Under the pieces are notes generated by a model. The model did not search any database. It worked only from the letters and a program-made list of their open reading frames with translations, and was not told the DNA's origin. A program made the translations under genes and the position numbers. A stretch of DNA of 64,000 nt, from assembly GCA_035286585.1 (NCBI GenBank), contig DATEDC010000067.1, forward strand, positions 1,272 through 65,271. The letters are read 5' to 3'. This document shows positions 1 through 8,896 of the stretch, one piece after another. The DNA is from Anaerolineales bacterium (lineage in GTDB: Bacteria > Chloroflexota > Anaerolineae > Anaerolineales > UBA4823). Every line of letters starts with the position of its first letter. Positions within the stretch are counted from its first letter, which is position 1.

Positions 1-3000
1 CAGCGGGCGGAGACACTGCAGCGGATTGCCAGCCTGACGGCCTCGAATGCCAGCCTGGACGAAATTTTGAAATCTTCGCTGCGGGAGCTTTCCCGCCTGC
101 TGCAGAGCGAGCACGCAGCCATATTCCTTCTGGATGAGCGCCGCGGCGAGGTCCGCCTGCACCAACAATCTCTCCACGGCGTCTCCACAGATGTGGCTGC
201 GCGGCTGGGGCGCCTGCCCGTGGATGACCCGCAGTTCCGCAGCACGGTCACTGACAGCCAGCGAGTTTATATTAGCAACAACGTCATGGAAGACTCGCGG
301 GTATTGCCCGTTTATCGGCCCATCGTGCAGACCCTGCAAGTGCGCTCGGCAATCGTTGCCCCCCTGATTTCGCGCGACGCCAGCCTCGGAGAGCTGATGC
401 TTGGCAGCACAAAGAACGACTTTTTCAGCCGGGGCGATATGCAGACGGTCATCACAGCCGCCGGTCAGCTCGCTGGCGCGATCGAACGGGCTAACCTGTC
501 ATCCCAAACAGATGAAAAACTGCGCATTCGCGTGGATCAGCTCACCGCCGTGAATCGCATCGGCCGCGAGCTGAACAGCTCCTTAGAATTAAGGCTCATG
601 CTCCAGCGCGTTTACGACGAGGTGATGAAAACTACCCGCGCCGACTGCGGCACAATCGTGCTTTTCCAGGCCAACCAGAACGGAAGGCGTGCGGACCGCT
701 CCGACACACCCCAGATCGCCCTCCACCTGGGCGATCCGCCCGACCCCAACCTGCACCCGCTCGAACGTGCGGTCATCGAGCGCGCCGAAATCATCATTGT
801 GAGGGATTTCGAGCAAACCATCTCCCTGCGGGACCTAAATGATGCCAGATCCATACCGCCAGCCCGTCCCGCACATGCCGGCATCCGCTCGGCAATGGTG
901 GTCCCCATTGCCTACCAGGATAATATCGCCGGCGTAATCCACCTGCACGCCAAAACACCTAACCGGTTCGACGAAACTTCTCGGGAAGTGGCAGAAACGT
1001 TATCGATCCAGGCTGCCATTGCCTTGGGAAATGCCCACCGTTACCAGGAACAGGTTCGCAAATCCGAAATGTTGAACCGGCGTGTAGACACCATGGCGAA
1101 ACTCCTGGAAACGACTCAGGCTTTACAATCCGAGCAATCTCTCGAGCAAGCCCTGACCAACATCGCCAATGCCATCCAGGCATCCACGCCGTTCAACTCA
1201 GTGCTGGTCAGTATTTACGACCCGGAAAGCCAGAATCTGCTGCGAATAGCCGCGGCGGGGATTCAGGATGCGGATATGGAAATACTGCGCGCCCATCCCC
1301 AGGCATGGAACAGCGTGCAGTCGGTCTTTAAGCCCGAATTCCGGATCGGGCGCTCTTATTTCATTCCATATGAAAAAATGCCCGTCCTGCCCGCCGAGGT
1401 GCACACGCTCACCCTGCTGCCGTTTGATAGCATCAATGCGCCTGGAAATGGGCGGGGCAATTCAACCTGGCACCCCGAAGATATGCTTGCGGTCCCATTG
1501 CTGAATACAGATGGCGAGCCGCTTGGCCTGATCAGCGTTGATGCGCCGCGCGACAAGCTGAGACCGGATCTGCCCACCATCGAGTCGCTCGAGATCTTCA
1601 GCAGCCAGGCCAGCCTGATCATCGAAAGTCAGCGAAGGCTCGACCAGCTCCAGCAGGCGCACCAGCAGGTGAACCAGGAGCTCGAAATCACCCGCAATTC
1701 GAACCAGGATGCCCAGGAGCTCTTGAGGAGCCTGAAGCAAACTGACCAGGAAAAAGCCCGAGAGGTTCAGCGCCTGAGCTATCGCTCCCAACAGATGGCA
1801 GCTATATTGCAGGTTCAACAAGCTTTTTCCTCCCAAACCAACCGGACGGGCGTTCTGCTCAGCCTGGGCGAGGCGATCCTCGCCAACCTGGACATGGAAA
1901 CTGTGCTGCTGATCGAGCCTGGCAGCCACGGACCTAAACTGATCCACAGCCTGGGAAACAGACCAGAAGATGCCCGGTTGGAGGCTCTACTCGGTCAGCA
2001 TAACCCCCTCGCTTATTGCCTGCACAACGCAAAGCACCTGGTCGTGCCTGGATTGGAAGCCGACCCGGAATGGGGCAATGCTCCCCTGCTGCAGGCGCTG
2101 AAAGCGGGAGCGTTTTTTTGCCTGGCAGTTCAATGCGGGCAAACAACCCACCTGGCGCTGATGGCGTCTCGAACCACGCCCCTGCCGCTCCATGCAGTTG
2201 AAAACCTGGATATCTATGCGCTGCTGGCCGATCAGGCAGCGGCAAAACTCTCCAGCCTGATATCTGCCCAGGAAACTCAACTCCGCTTAGAGGAAGCCAG
2301 CCTGTTGCTAGATTTCAACCGGCAACTGAGCAGCCTGGAGCCAGCCAGAATCCTGCACACGCTGTTAGAAAACGCGATGCAGGTCGCACCCAACGCCGAA
2401 GCAGGAATGGTGCTGCTGTGGAACGCAAGCAAGAACCGGCTCGTGCCCATGGCTGCCTTGGGCTATGCCAACCCCCAACCTTTGCTGGAAACCGCCTTTC
2501 AGCTTGAGGAGGAACCTTTTGGTCGGGTATATCGTTCCGGCGAAGCGCTCAAACTGGAGGATGTGGATTTTGCCAGGCAGTACCAGCTTTCATCCGAAAA
2601 CCTGCTGCGCTACCGGAAAGCGACTGGGGGCAAGCTCCCCGTTGCAAGCCTGGCGACTCCGATTCAACTCGCCGCCCAGAACCAGCCGCTGGGCATCTTG
2701 ATCCTGGAAAACTTCCAAACCCCGGCTGCCTTCACGGATAAGGCGCAGTTAGCTGAAACCACATTGTGCCAGCAGACCGCCCTGCACCTGGAAAATACCC
2801 GCCTGTACCAGGCAGCCGAGGAGCGCGCCAGCCAGATGCATGCGCTCACCCGTGTCGCCGCAGCCATTAGCGCCCAATTACAACCCGACGAGCTGATCGA
2901 CGCCCTTCTCGATCAACTCAGCGCCATTGTGCCTTACGAAACCGGCACGTTATGGCTGCTGCGGGGCAGCAAGGTCGTCGTCCGGGCTGCCCGCGGTTTC

Positions 3001-5535
3001 GCGGATGATGAAGAACGAGTCGGCCTGACAGTCGGAATAGAAGATAGCCATTTGCTGAGCGAGATGATCTCGGAGTCCAGACCGGTTTGCGTCGGGGATA
3101 TCCGCATGGATCCGCGTTTCCCCTCCCTGCTCGAGCCGCGCTATCTGTCCTGGGTCGGAATTCCCCTCATCTCGGGCGGAGAAGTCATTGGCGTTATCGC
3201 CCTGGAAAAAACCGAGGCTGATTTTTACACCCCTGAGCACCTCCAGCTCGCAACAGCTTTCGCCGGACAGGCAGCGGTAGCGCTGGCAAACGCTAACCTG
3301 TTCCAGGAAAGCCTCAGCCGCACAGCGGGGCTTGACCAACGCACGCAGAGATTGGAAATGCTCAACCGCCTGTCTAAGGCGCTGAATGAAACCCTGGATG
3401 TAGACAGGATACTGGCGATTGCGCTTCACGAACTTGCCGGAGCCATCCCTTGTTCCCTCGTTTCAGCCGCGCTGATGAACCCCGCCGGGGGCGCCCAAAT
3501 CCTGGCCGAAATCCCGTCCACGGACTCGGAGACCCCACTGACATTGCCAGAAGCCCCGCTTTTCGAGCACATGGCTGAAACTCTGGGCGTCTTCATCAGC
3601 ACTGAAATTTCTCGCGAGCCAGCCCTCGTCCCCCTCCAAGGTTACCTCTCCAGCCGGGGGACGCGCTCCCTGCTGGCGCTCCCGCTGACCACCGGCAGCG
3701 ACCTGCATGGAGTCCTGCTGATCCAGGCTGACCAGCCGCAGCGCTTCTCTCCCGATGAAATTGGGCTGGCGCGTACGATCAGCAACCAGGCTGCCATCGC
3801 CATGCAAAACGCTCGCTTATATGCCGAGACCCGCGACCTGAGCGCCGATCTCGAGCAGCGCGTGAATGAACGCACCGCAGAACTGGCCCGAGAACACCGT
3901 AGAACCAATACCTTGCTGCGCATCCTCACCGAGCTTTCTTCCAGCCTGGATTTAGAGCAGGTGCTCAACCGCACCCTCGCCCTGGTGCAGGAGATCATCG
4001 CTGCCGGGCACATCTCCGTATTCATCATCAGGCTTGGTGAACAAAAACTGCACCGCCTGGCTTCCGTCGGCTATGCCCCCCCGGCTGCAGTCGGAGGCAG
4101 CCCCACACCCTTCGACATAGACGAAGGGCTGGCGGGTTGGGTGATCAGCCATCAAGAGGCTGTTTTAATTGAAGACTTACAAGCAGACTCACGATGGATC
4201 TTATCAGTCGATGCGCCCGAACCACACCACCGCAGCGCCATTGCCGCGCCGCTCATTTTGGGCCACGAATCGCTCGGCGCACTGATGCTCTACCACGATC
4301 AAGCGGGATATTTTTCGCAATACCATCTCGACCTGGTGCAGGCAGCCGCAAACCAGATCGCGGTGGCAATCAACAATGCTGAGCTGTACCGTTTGATCCG
4401 CGAACAGGCCACAGATTTGGGGGCGTTGGTGCGCAACCAACAAATCGAAGCCAGTCGCTCGCGCGCCATCCTGGAAGCCGTTGCGGATGGGGTGGTGGTG
4501 ACCGACGCCAGCCGGGTAATCACTTTGTTCAACGCCTCCGCTGAGAGAATCCTGGACCTCAAGAGCAGCGAGCTGATCGGTCAATCCCTGGAACATTTTT
4601 CGGGGCTGTTCGGCGGCGCGGCGCACTCCTGGATGGAAACCATCCGCCAGTGGTCGCAAACCCCCGCGGCAGTCGAAAGCGGGGCTATCTACGCAGAACA
4701 AATCGCGCTGGAAGATGGACGGGTGGTTTCGGTACACCTGGCCCCAGTTACCTCAGGCGAATCCTTCCTGGGGACGGTCTCCGTCTTCCGCGATATCACC
4801 CACCAGGTAGAAATCGATCGCCTGAAAGCGGAGTTCGTGGCTACGGTGAGCCACGAGCTGCGCACGCCCATGACCTCGATCAAAGGCTATGTAGACCTGC
4901 TATTAATGGGTGCGGCTGGCTCGCTGAGCGACCAGCAAACCCATTTTCTGAAGATCGTCAAGCAAAACACCGATCGTCTCACCGTCTTGGTGAACGATCT
5001 GCTGAATATTTCCCGCATCGAAGCCGGGCGGATTACGCTCAGTATGCAGCCCTTGAACCTGTTCGAGATCGCCAGGTCAGCGGTCGATGATCTCCGACGC
5101 CGTTCCGGCGCGGAGCATAAACCGATGAGCATCGAGATCGAGCCTGCTCCGGACCTGCCCATGGCCCTCGGCGATACGGAGCGCGTCCGCCAGATCATCG
5201 AAAACCTGCTGGAGAACGCCTACAATTACACTCCCGCTCACGGTCGCATTGCTGTGCGCCTCCACCCGGTAGGCGAGAAAATCCAGGTGGATATCCAGGA
5301 TAACGGCATCGGCGTCCACCCTGATATGCAGCAGAAGGTTTTTGAGCGCTTCTACCGGGGGGAGAATCCCTTCGTGCTGGAAACCTCAGGAACGGGCTTG
5401 GGCCTGTCGATTGTCCAGCATCTGGTTGAAATGCACCAAGGGCGCATCTGGTTGGAATCGAGCGGCGTACCCGGCGAGGGAAGCACCTTTTCCTTCACTT
5501 TACTTGTGTACCATTCAAATCATGCAGCAAAATGA
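1..5535 (+). CDS. Sensor histidine kinase with about eight tandem GAF domains, PAS, HisKA and HATPase_c (5' end cut by window edge)
   Basis: Frame 1 is open from nt 1 (QRAETLQRIASLTASNASLDEIL...), so the TTG at 67 is not the true start. Eight recurrences of the GAF C-terminal helix motif (e.g. LSIQAAIALGNAHRY, FAGQAAVALANANLF, ISNQAAIAMQNARLY, AANQIAVAINNAELY). PAS-like ILEAVADGVVVTDASRVITLFN. H-box VSHELRTPMTSIKGY. G-box GTGLGLSIVQHLVEMHQGRIW. Confidence 0.9.
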   Translation, partial: QRAETLQRIASLTASNASLDEILKSSLRELSRLLQSEHAAIFLLDERRGEVRLHQQSLHGVSTDVAARLGRLPVDDPQFRSTVTDSQRVYISNNVMEDSRVLPVYRPIVQTLQVRSAIVAPLISRDASLGELMLGSTKNDFFSRGDMQTVITAAGQLAGAIERANLSSQTDEKLRIRVDQLTAVNRIGRELNSSLELRLMLQRVYDEVMKTTRADCGTIVLFQANQNGRRADRSDTPQIALHLGDPPDPNLHPLERAVIERAEIIIVRDFEQTISLRDLNDARSIPPARPAHAGIRSAMVVPIAYQDNIAGVIHLHAKTPNRFDETSREVAETLSIQAAIALGNAHRYQEQVRKSEMLNRRVDTMAKLLETTQALQSEQSLEQALTNIANAIQASTPFNSVLVSIYDPESQNLLRIAAAGIQDADMEILRAHPQAWNSVQSVFKPEFRIGRSYFIPYEKMPVLPAEVHTLTLLPFDSINAPGNGRGNSTWHPEDMLAVPLLNTDGEPLGLISVDAPRDKLRPDLPTIESLEIFSSQASLIIESQRRLDQLQQAHQQVNQELEITRNSNQDAQELLRSLKQTDQEKAREVQRLSYRSQQMAAILQVQQAFSSQTNRTGVLLSLGEAILANLDMETVLLIEPGSHGPKLIHSLGNRPEDARLEALLGQHNPLAYCLHNAKHLVVPGLEADPEWGNAPLLQALKAGAFFCLAVQCGQTTHLALMASRTTPLPLHAVENLDIYALLADQAAAKLSSLISAQETQLRLEEASLLLDFNRQLSSLEPARILHTLLENAMQVAPNAEAGMVLLWNASKNRLVPMAALGYANPQPLLETAFQLEEEPFGRVYRSGEALKLEDVDFARQYQLSSENLLRYRKATGGKLPVASLATPIQLAAQNQPLGILILENFQTPAAFTDKAQLAETTLCQQTALHLENTRLYQAAEERASQMHALTRVAAAISAQLQPDELIDALLDQLSAIVPYETGTLWLLRGSKVVVRAARGFADDEERVGLTVGIEDSHLLSEMISESRPVCVGDIRMDPRFPSLLEPRYLSWVGIPLISGGEVIGVIALEKTEADFYTPEHLQLATAFAGQAAVALANANLFQESLSRTAGLDQRTQRLEMLNRLSKALNETLDVDRILAIALHELAGAIPCSLVSAALMNPAGGAQILAEIPSTDSETPLTLPEAPLFEHMAETLGVFISTEISREPALVPLQGYLSSRGTRSLLALPLTTGSDLHGVLLIQADQPQRFSPDEIGLARTISNQAAIAMQNARLYAETRDLSADLEQRVNERTAELAREHRRTNTLLRILTELSSSLDLEQVLNRTLALVQEIIAAGHISVFIIRLGEQKLHRLASVGYAPPAAVGGSPTPFDIDEGLAGWVISHQEAVLIEDLQADSRWILSVDAPEPHHRSAIAAPLILGHESLGALMLYHDQAGYFSQYHLDLVQAAANQIAVAINNAELYRLIREQATDLGALVRNQQIEASRSRAILEAVADGVVVTDASRVITLFNASAERILDLKSSELIGQSLEHFSGLFGGAAHSWMETIRQWSQTPAAVESGAIYAEQIALEDGRVVSVHLAPVTSGESFLGTVSVFRDITHQVEIDRLKAEFVATVSHELRTPMTSIKGYVDLLLMGAAGSLSDQQTHFLKIVKQNTDRLTVLVNDLLNISRIEAGRITLSMQPLNLFEIARSAVDDLRRRSGAEHKPMSIEIEPAPDLPMALGDTERVRQIIENLLENAYNYTPAHGRIAVRLHPVGEKIQVDIQDNGIGVHPDMQQKVFERFYRGENPFVLETSGTGLGLSIVQHLVEMHQGRIWLESSGVPGEGSTFSFTLLVYHSNHAAK

Positions 5536-5541
5536 GGTATT

Positions 5542-5919
5542 ATGGCAAAAATATTAATCGCTGAAGATGAACGAGATATACGCGACCTGATTACTTTCAC
5601 ACTCCGCTTCGCAGGTCACGAGGTAGTCGCCACGTCTAATGGGGAGGAAGCCTACGGGGCGGCTCAAAAACTCCTGCCCGATTTGATCTTGCTCGATGTG
5701 CGCATGCCGCGCATGACGGGTTATGAAACCTGCGAGAAGCTCAAATCGAGCGAGCCGACTCAGAACATCCCGGTGGTGTTTCTGTCCGCTAAAGGGCAGG
5801 AGAGCGAAGTGCAAACCGGCATTCGCGCCGGCGCCCTGGAATACATCATCAAACCCTTCGCCCCTGATCAGTTGACCGAGCGTGTACAGGCCATCCTGGG
5901 CGCTTTGGGGATCAAATAA
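5542..5919 (+). CDS. Stand-alone response regulator receiver domain (CheY-like, no output domain)
   Basis: 125 aa; MAKILIAEDERDIRDLI, LILLDVRMPRMTGYE and FLSAKG are typical REC motifs; starts 7 nt after the kinase stop. Confidence 0.9.
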   Translation: MAKILIAEDERDIRDLITFTLRFAGHEVVATSNGEEAYGAAQKLLPDLILLDVRMPRMTGYETCEKLKSSEPTQNIPVVFLSAKGQESEVQTGIRAGALEYIIKPFAPDQLTERVQAILGALGIK

Positions 5920-5970
5920 CGCCCGGGTGCAGGTCTTTTGCTTTTAGATGGAAAAGGGGAATCAGCCCAG

Positions 5971-6759
5971 ATGAGCGCGATCATCTTGCGGAACGAGACT
6001 GTCCATTACGAAGTCTTAGGTCGCGGCAAACCATTGATCTTCATCCACGGCTGGGTGGGTTCGTGGCGCTACTGGATCCAGGCGATGCAGGCTGCATCCG
6101 TCTCCTACCGCGCCTATGCCCTTGACCTTTGGGGGTTTGGCGATTCGGCGAAAAGGCGCGAACATTATTCTCTCGAGCAGCAACTAAACCTGCTTGACAA
6201 GTTTATCGATGAGCTCGGCATCGGCAAGATTGCCCTGGTAGGTCACGGCCTGGGCGCAGTCATCGCTTGGCTATACGTCGCCCGCAACCCAGCGGGGGTG
6301 GACAGAGCGGTGGGGATCAGCGTGCCCCAAAACCCGGAGGCGATCAGCCCGCGCCTGCGCTCGGCTTCCCCTGCGGAATTGGCCGATTGGCTGTTGGGTC
6401 GCTCGGCAGCCACCGAGCCGGTGCGCGTTGAAGCGCCAAAAACCGACCCACTCGCCATCCAGACCAGCCTCACAGATCTTCAGGATTTCGACTTGAACGG
6501 CCTGACCCTCAACCTCCCGATTCCCTACCTGTGGGTGCACGGGCAAAACGATCCTGCCGTGCAACCGCCTGACCCGGGGCGGATCGCGGCAATACCCGAA
6601 CAAGCCCATTTCATCCCTTTCGAGCAGTCCGGACACTACCCCATGCTGGACGAAGCGAGCAAGTTCAACCGCCTGCTCGATGACATGCTCAGCCTGGATT
6701 CTGGCGCCAGCCCGCGCCAGTTGCAGTTAAAAGAAGAATGGAAACGCCGCGTGCGCTGA
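5971..6759 (+). CDS. Alpha/beta-fold hydrolase
   Basis: HGWVGSWRYW oxyanion-type motif and nucleophile elbow GHGLGA; C-terminal FEQSGHYPMLDE. ATG at 5971 preferred over the TTG at 5938 (purine-rich AAAGGGGAA upstream). Confidence 0.75.
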   Translation: MSAIILRNETVHYEVLGRGKPLIFIHGWVGSWRYWIQAMQAASVSYRAYALDLWGFGDSAKRREHYSLEQQLNLLDKFIDELGIGKIALVGHGLGAVIAWLYVARNPAGVDRAVGISVPQNPEAISPRLRSASPAELADWLLGRSAATEPVRVEAPKTDPLAIQTSLTDLQDFDLNGLTLNLPIPYLWVHGQNDPAVQPPDPGRIAAIPEQAHFIPFEQSGHYPMLDEASKFNRLLDDMLSLDSGASPRQLQLKEEWKRRVR

Positions 6760-6762
6760 CAA

Positions 6763-6846
6763 CGGTACGCTAGCAGCGGTACGCTAGCAGCGATTCGCTA
6801 GCAGCGGTACGCTAGCAGCGATTCGCTGACAGCGATTCGCTGACTG
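6763..6846. repeat. Six head-to-tail copies of a 14-bp unit (CGGTACGCTAGCAG / CGATTCGCTAGCAG variants)
   Basis: Read directly: copies at 6763, 6777, 6791, 6805, 6819 and 6833. Starts 4 nt after the hydrolase stop and ends 22 nt before the -35 of the thiamine operon promoter. Confidence 0.95.
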
Positions 6847-6868
6847 GGTATTTCGGTTAGCGAGTTGC

Positions 6869-6897
6869 TTGACAACCCGTAGCCCTTCCCTTATACT
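6869..6897 (+). promoter_or_regulatory. Sigma70-type promoter, TTGACA-17 nt-TATACT
   Basis: TTGACA at 6869-6874, 17-nt spacer, TATACT at 6892-6897, about 25 nt upstream of the riboswitch aptamer. Confidence 0.6.
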
Positions 6898-6917
6898 AAC
6901 ACCAAGATAAATCAATT

Positions 6918-7012
6918 CATGCACGGGGAGCCCGTAATTCTGGGCTGAGAGGAGAGCAAAAGCTCTCGACCCGCCAACCTGATCCGGATAATACCGGCGG
7001 AGGGATAGCATC
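6918..7012 (+). promoter_or_regulatory. TPP (THI-box) riboswitch aptamer
   Basis: CACGGGGAGCCCG...GGGCUGAGAGGAGAG...ACCCGCCAACCUGAUCCGGAUAAUACCGGCGGAGGGA matches the conserved TPP riboswitch core (GGGG..CUGAGA..ACCC..AACCUGAUCYGGAUAAURCCRGCG.AGGGA). Downstream genes are thiamine related. Confidence 0.9.
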
Positions 7013-7029
7013 ACCAAAGTATGCCACTA

Positions 7030-7060
7030 CCTCCCCCGGTGCCGGGGGAGGAGCTTTTTT
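7030..7060 (+). terminator. Intrinsic terminator / expression platform of the TPP riboswitch
   Basis: CCUCCCCCG-GUGC-CGGGGGAGG stem (7030-7051) followed by AGC UUUUUU (7055-7060). The 3' arm contains the GGAGG Shine-Dalgarno of the ATG at 7062. Confidence 0.75.
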
Positions 7061-7061
7061 A

Positions 7062-7724
7062 ATGAGGCGCGCAGTAATTTTTGCCAACGGCAGGCTTCAG
7101 AACGCCGCACAGGCCCGGGATGCCGTTCGTTCAGGAGATTTGCTGATCGCCGCAGACGGCGGCGCACAGCACTGCCTGGCTTTGGGACTCACCCCGGCGA
7201 TCGTGATCGGCGATTTCGACTCTCTGAGCGGGCCGGAGCTAGAGGAGCTTATAACCCGAGGCGCTCAGCTAATCCAACATCCCGCTCACAAAGATTTCAC
7301 CGATCTGGAGCTGGCCTTGTATCATGCTAAAGGGCTTGGAATCGAGGAGGTCTTGATCCTGGGCGCGCTGGGGAGTCGCTGGGACCAGACCGTAGCCAAC
7401 CTGCTCCTGCCGGTCTCCGCAGACCTGGCTTCCATCCATATTTCCATACTGGATGGACCCCAGCAGGTTTTTATCCTGCACCCCGGTCGCCAGTTCCAAT
7501 TCCACGGCAAGAAGGGCGATACCCTCTCGCTGATCCCTCTGTGCGGCGACGCCCAGGGCGTCGTCACTTCGGACCTGGAGTACCCCCTGCGCGACGAAAC
7601 GCTGTTCTTTGGGGCGACGCGCGGCGTCAGCAATGTTTTGACCGCCGATACAGCTCGCGTCAGCCTGTCGAGCGGCACGCTGCTGTGTGTTCTCATTCAC
7701 CAGGATACGGACCAACCAGATTGA
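7062..7724 (+). CDS. thiN: Thiamine pyrophosphokinase
   Basis: 220 aa; AVIFANG..., LIAADGGA, VIGDFDS, HPAHKDFTDLELAL, WDQTVANL are TPK catalytic plus thiamine-binding domain motifs. Sits directly under the TPP riboswitch. Confidence 0.85.
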   Translation: MRRAVIFANGRLQNAAQARDAVRSGDLLIAADGGAQHCLALGLTPAIVIGDFDSLSGPELEELITRGAQLIQHPAHKDFTDLELALYHAKGLGIEEVLILGALGSRWDQTVANLLLPVSADLASIHISILDGPQQVFILHPGRQFQFHGKKGDTLSLIPLCGDAQGVVTSDLEYPLRDETLFFGATRGVSNVLTADTARVSLSSGTLLCVLIHQDTDQPD

Positions 7725-7802
7725 TCATCGCATGTTGTTGACCTTTAGTCGTTTATTTTTATTGCAGTAAGGGCAGCTATACCCTGAATCAGGAGGCTGC
7801 CA

Positions 7803-8840
7803 ATGGAGGTAAACATGAAGAAAGGAACGCTTTTCCTGATACTGACCCTGGGGCTGGCGCTCTCAGCCTGCGCCCCGCGCGCCCTGACTGTCATGACACA
7901 CGATTCTTTTGCCGTCTCTGAAGAGGTGATCCAGGCATTCGAGCAGGAAACCGGTATCGAGGTGACCTTCCTGGAAAGCGGCGACACCGGCACGGCCCTG
8001 AACAAGGCTATCCTCTCCAAGGATAACCCCCTGGCGGACGTTTTCTACGGGGTGGACAACACCTTCCTCAGCCGGGCGCTTGACGAAGACATCTTCCTGC
8101 GCTATGACTCGCCGCTGCTCGCGAATATACCCGCCGAGTTCAAACTCGACACGCAAAACCGGGCGCTCCCAGTCGATTATGGGGATGTGTGCATCAACTA
8201 TGACGTAGGCTACTTCACAGAAAACAACCTGCTGCCGCCCCAATCGCTGGAAGATCTGCTCAAGCCGGAGTATAAAGGCTTGCTGGTGGTGCAGAACCCC
8301 GCCACCTCCTCGCCGGGGTTAGCTTTCCTGCTCGCCACAATCGGCTATTTTGGCCCGGATGGCTACCTGGATTTCTGGGAAAGTTTGAACGCCAACGATC
8401 TCCTGGTGGTCAACGACTGGGAAAACGCCTATTACAGCGAGTTCAGCGTCCACGGCGGGACACGCCCCATGGTGGTTTCTTACGGCTCCAGCCCACCTGC
8501 GGAGGTGATCTTCGCCGAGACGCCCATCAGCGAGCCCCCTACCGCGGCGCTCACTGCCAAGCGGGGTTGTTTCCGCCAGATAGAGTTTGTCGGTATACTC
8601 AAAGGGACTCGGAACCGGGCCCAGGCTGAGAGATGGATCGACTTTATGCTCTCGGCCCGCTTCCAGGAGGATATGCCTTTGCAGATGTTCGTTTACCCGG
8701 TTACCCGGGATGCCGCGCTGCCTGCGGAATTCGAAAAATACAGCTCCATCCCTGACGAGACCTCCGTAGTCAGCCCGGAGGAGATTGCCGCCAATCGCGA
8801 GGTCTGGATCAAGGCCTGGACCGAAGCCGTTTTGCGTTGA
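7803..8840 (+). CDS. thiB: Thiamine ABC transporter substrate-binding lipoprotein
   Basis: Lipobox LALSAC. Family-1 SBP similar to TbpA/ThiB (VMTHDSF..., FLESGDTG, ADVFYGVDN, SSPGLAFLLATI). Both ATG 7803 and ATG 7815 have a GGAGG 5-6 nt upstream. Confidence 0.8.
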   Translation: MEVNMKKGTLFLILTLGLALSACAPRALTVMTHDSFAVSEEVIQAFEQETGIEVTFLESGDTGTALNKAILSKDNPLADVFYGVDNTFLSRALDEDIFLRYDSPLLANIPAEFKLDTQNRALPVDYGDVCINYDVGYFTENNLLPPQSLEDLLKPEYKGLLVVQNPATSSPGLAFLLATIGYFGPDGYLDFWESLNANDLLVVNDWENAYYSEFSVHGGTRPMVVSYGSSPPAEVIFAETPISEPPTAALTAKRGCFRQIEFVGILKGTRNRAQAERWIDFMLSARFQEDMPLQMFVYPVTRDAALPAEFEKYSSIPDETSVVSPEEIAANREVWIKAWTEAVLR

Positions 8841-8896
8841 GCATAGTGATGGCAGCCACAGATGCACACTGATCGGCACGGATTTTAGATAAGCGG

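Noticed and set aside
67-69. TTG at 67 as start of the histidine kinase
   Set aside because: The frame is open back to nt 1 and the upstream residues (QRAETLQRIASLTASNASLDEIL) look like the usual linker before a GAF domain. The gene is therefore 5'-truncated by the window.
6763-6846. Possible CRISPR array (also considered for 33354-33432)
   Set aside because: Units are contiguous 14-bp repeats, or 21-nt repeats with 6-7 nt between them. There are no 25-40 nt unique spacers and no cas genes.
6784-7017. 77-aa minus-strand ORF across the 14-bp repeat, promoter and TPP riboswitch
   Set aside because: It is fully explained by a tandem repeat plus a riboswitch aptamer, and there is no RBS.
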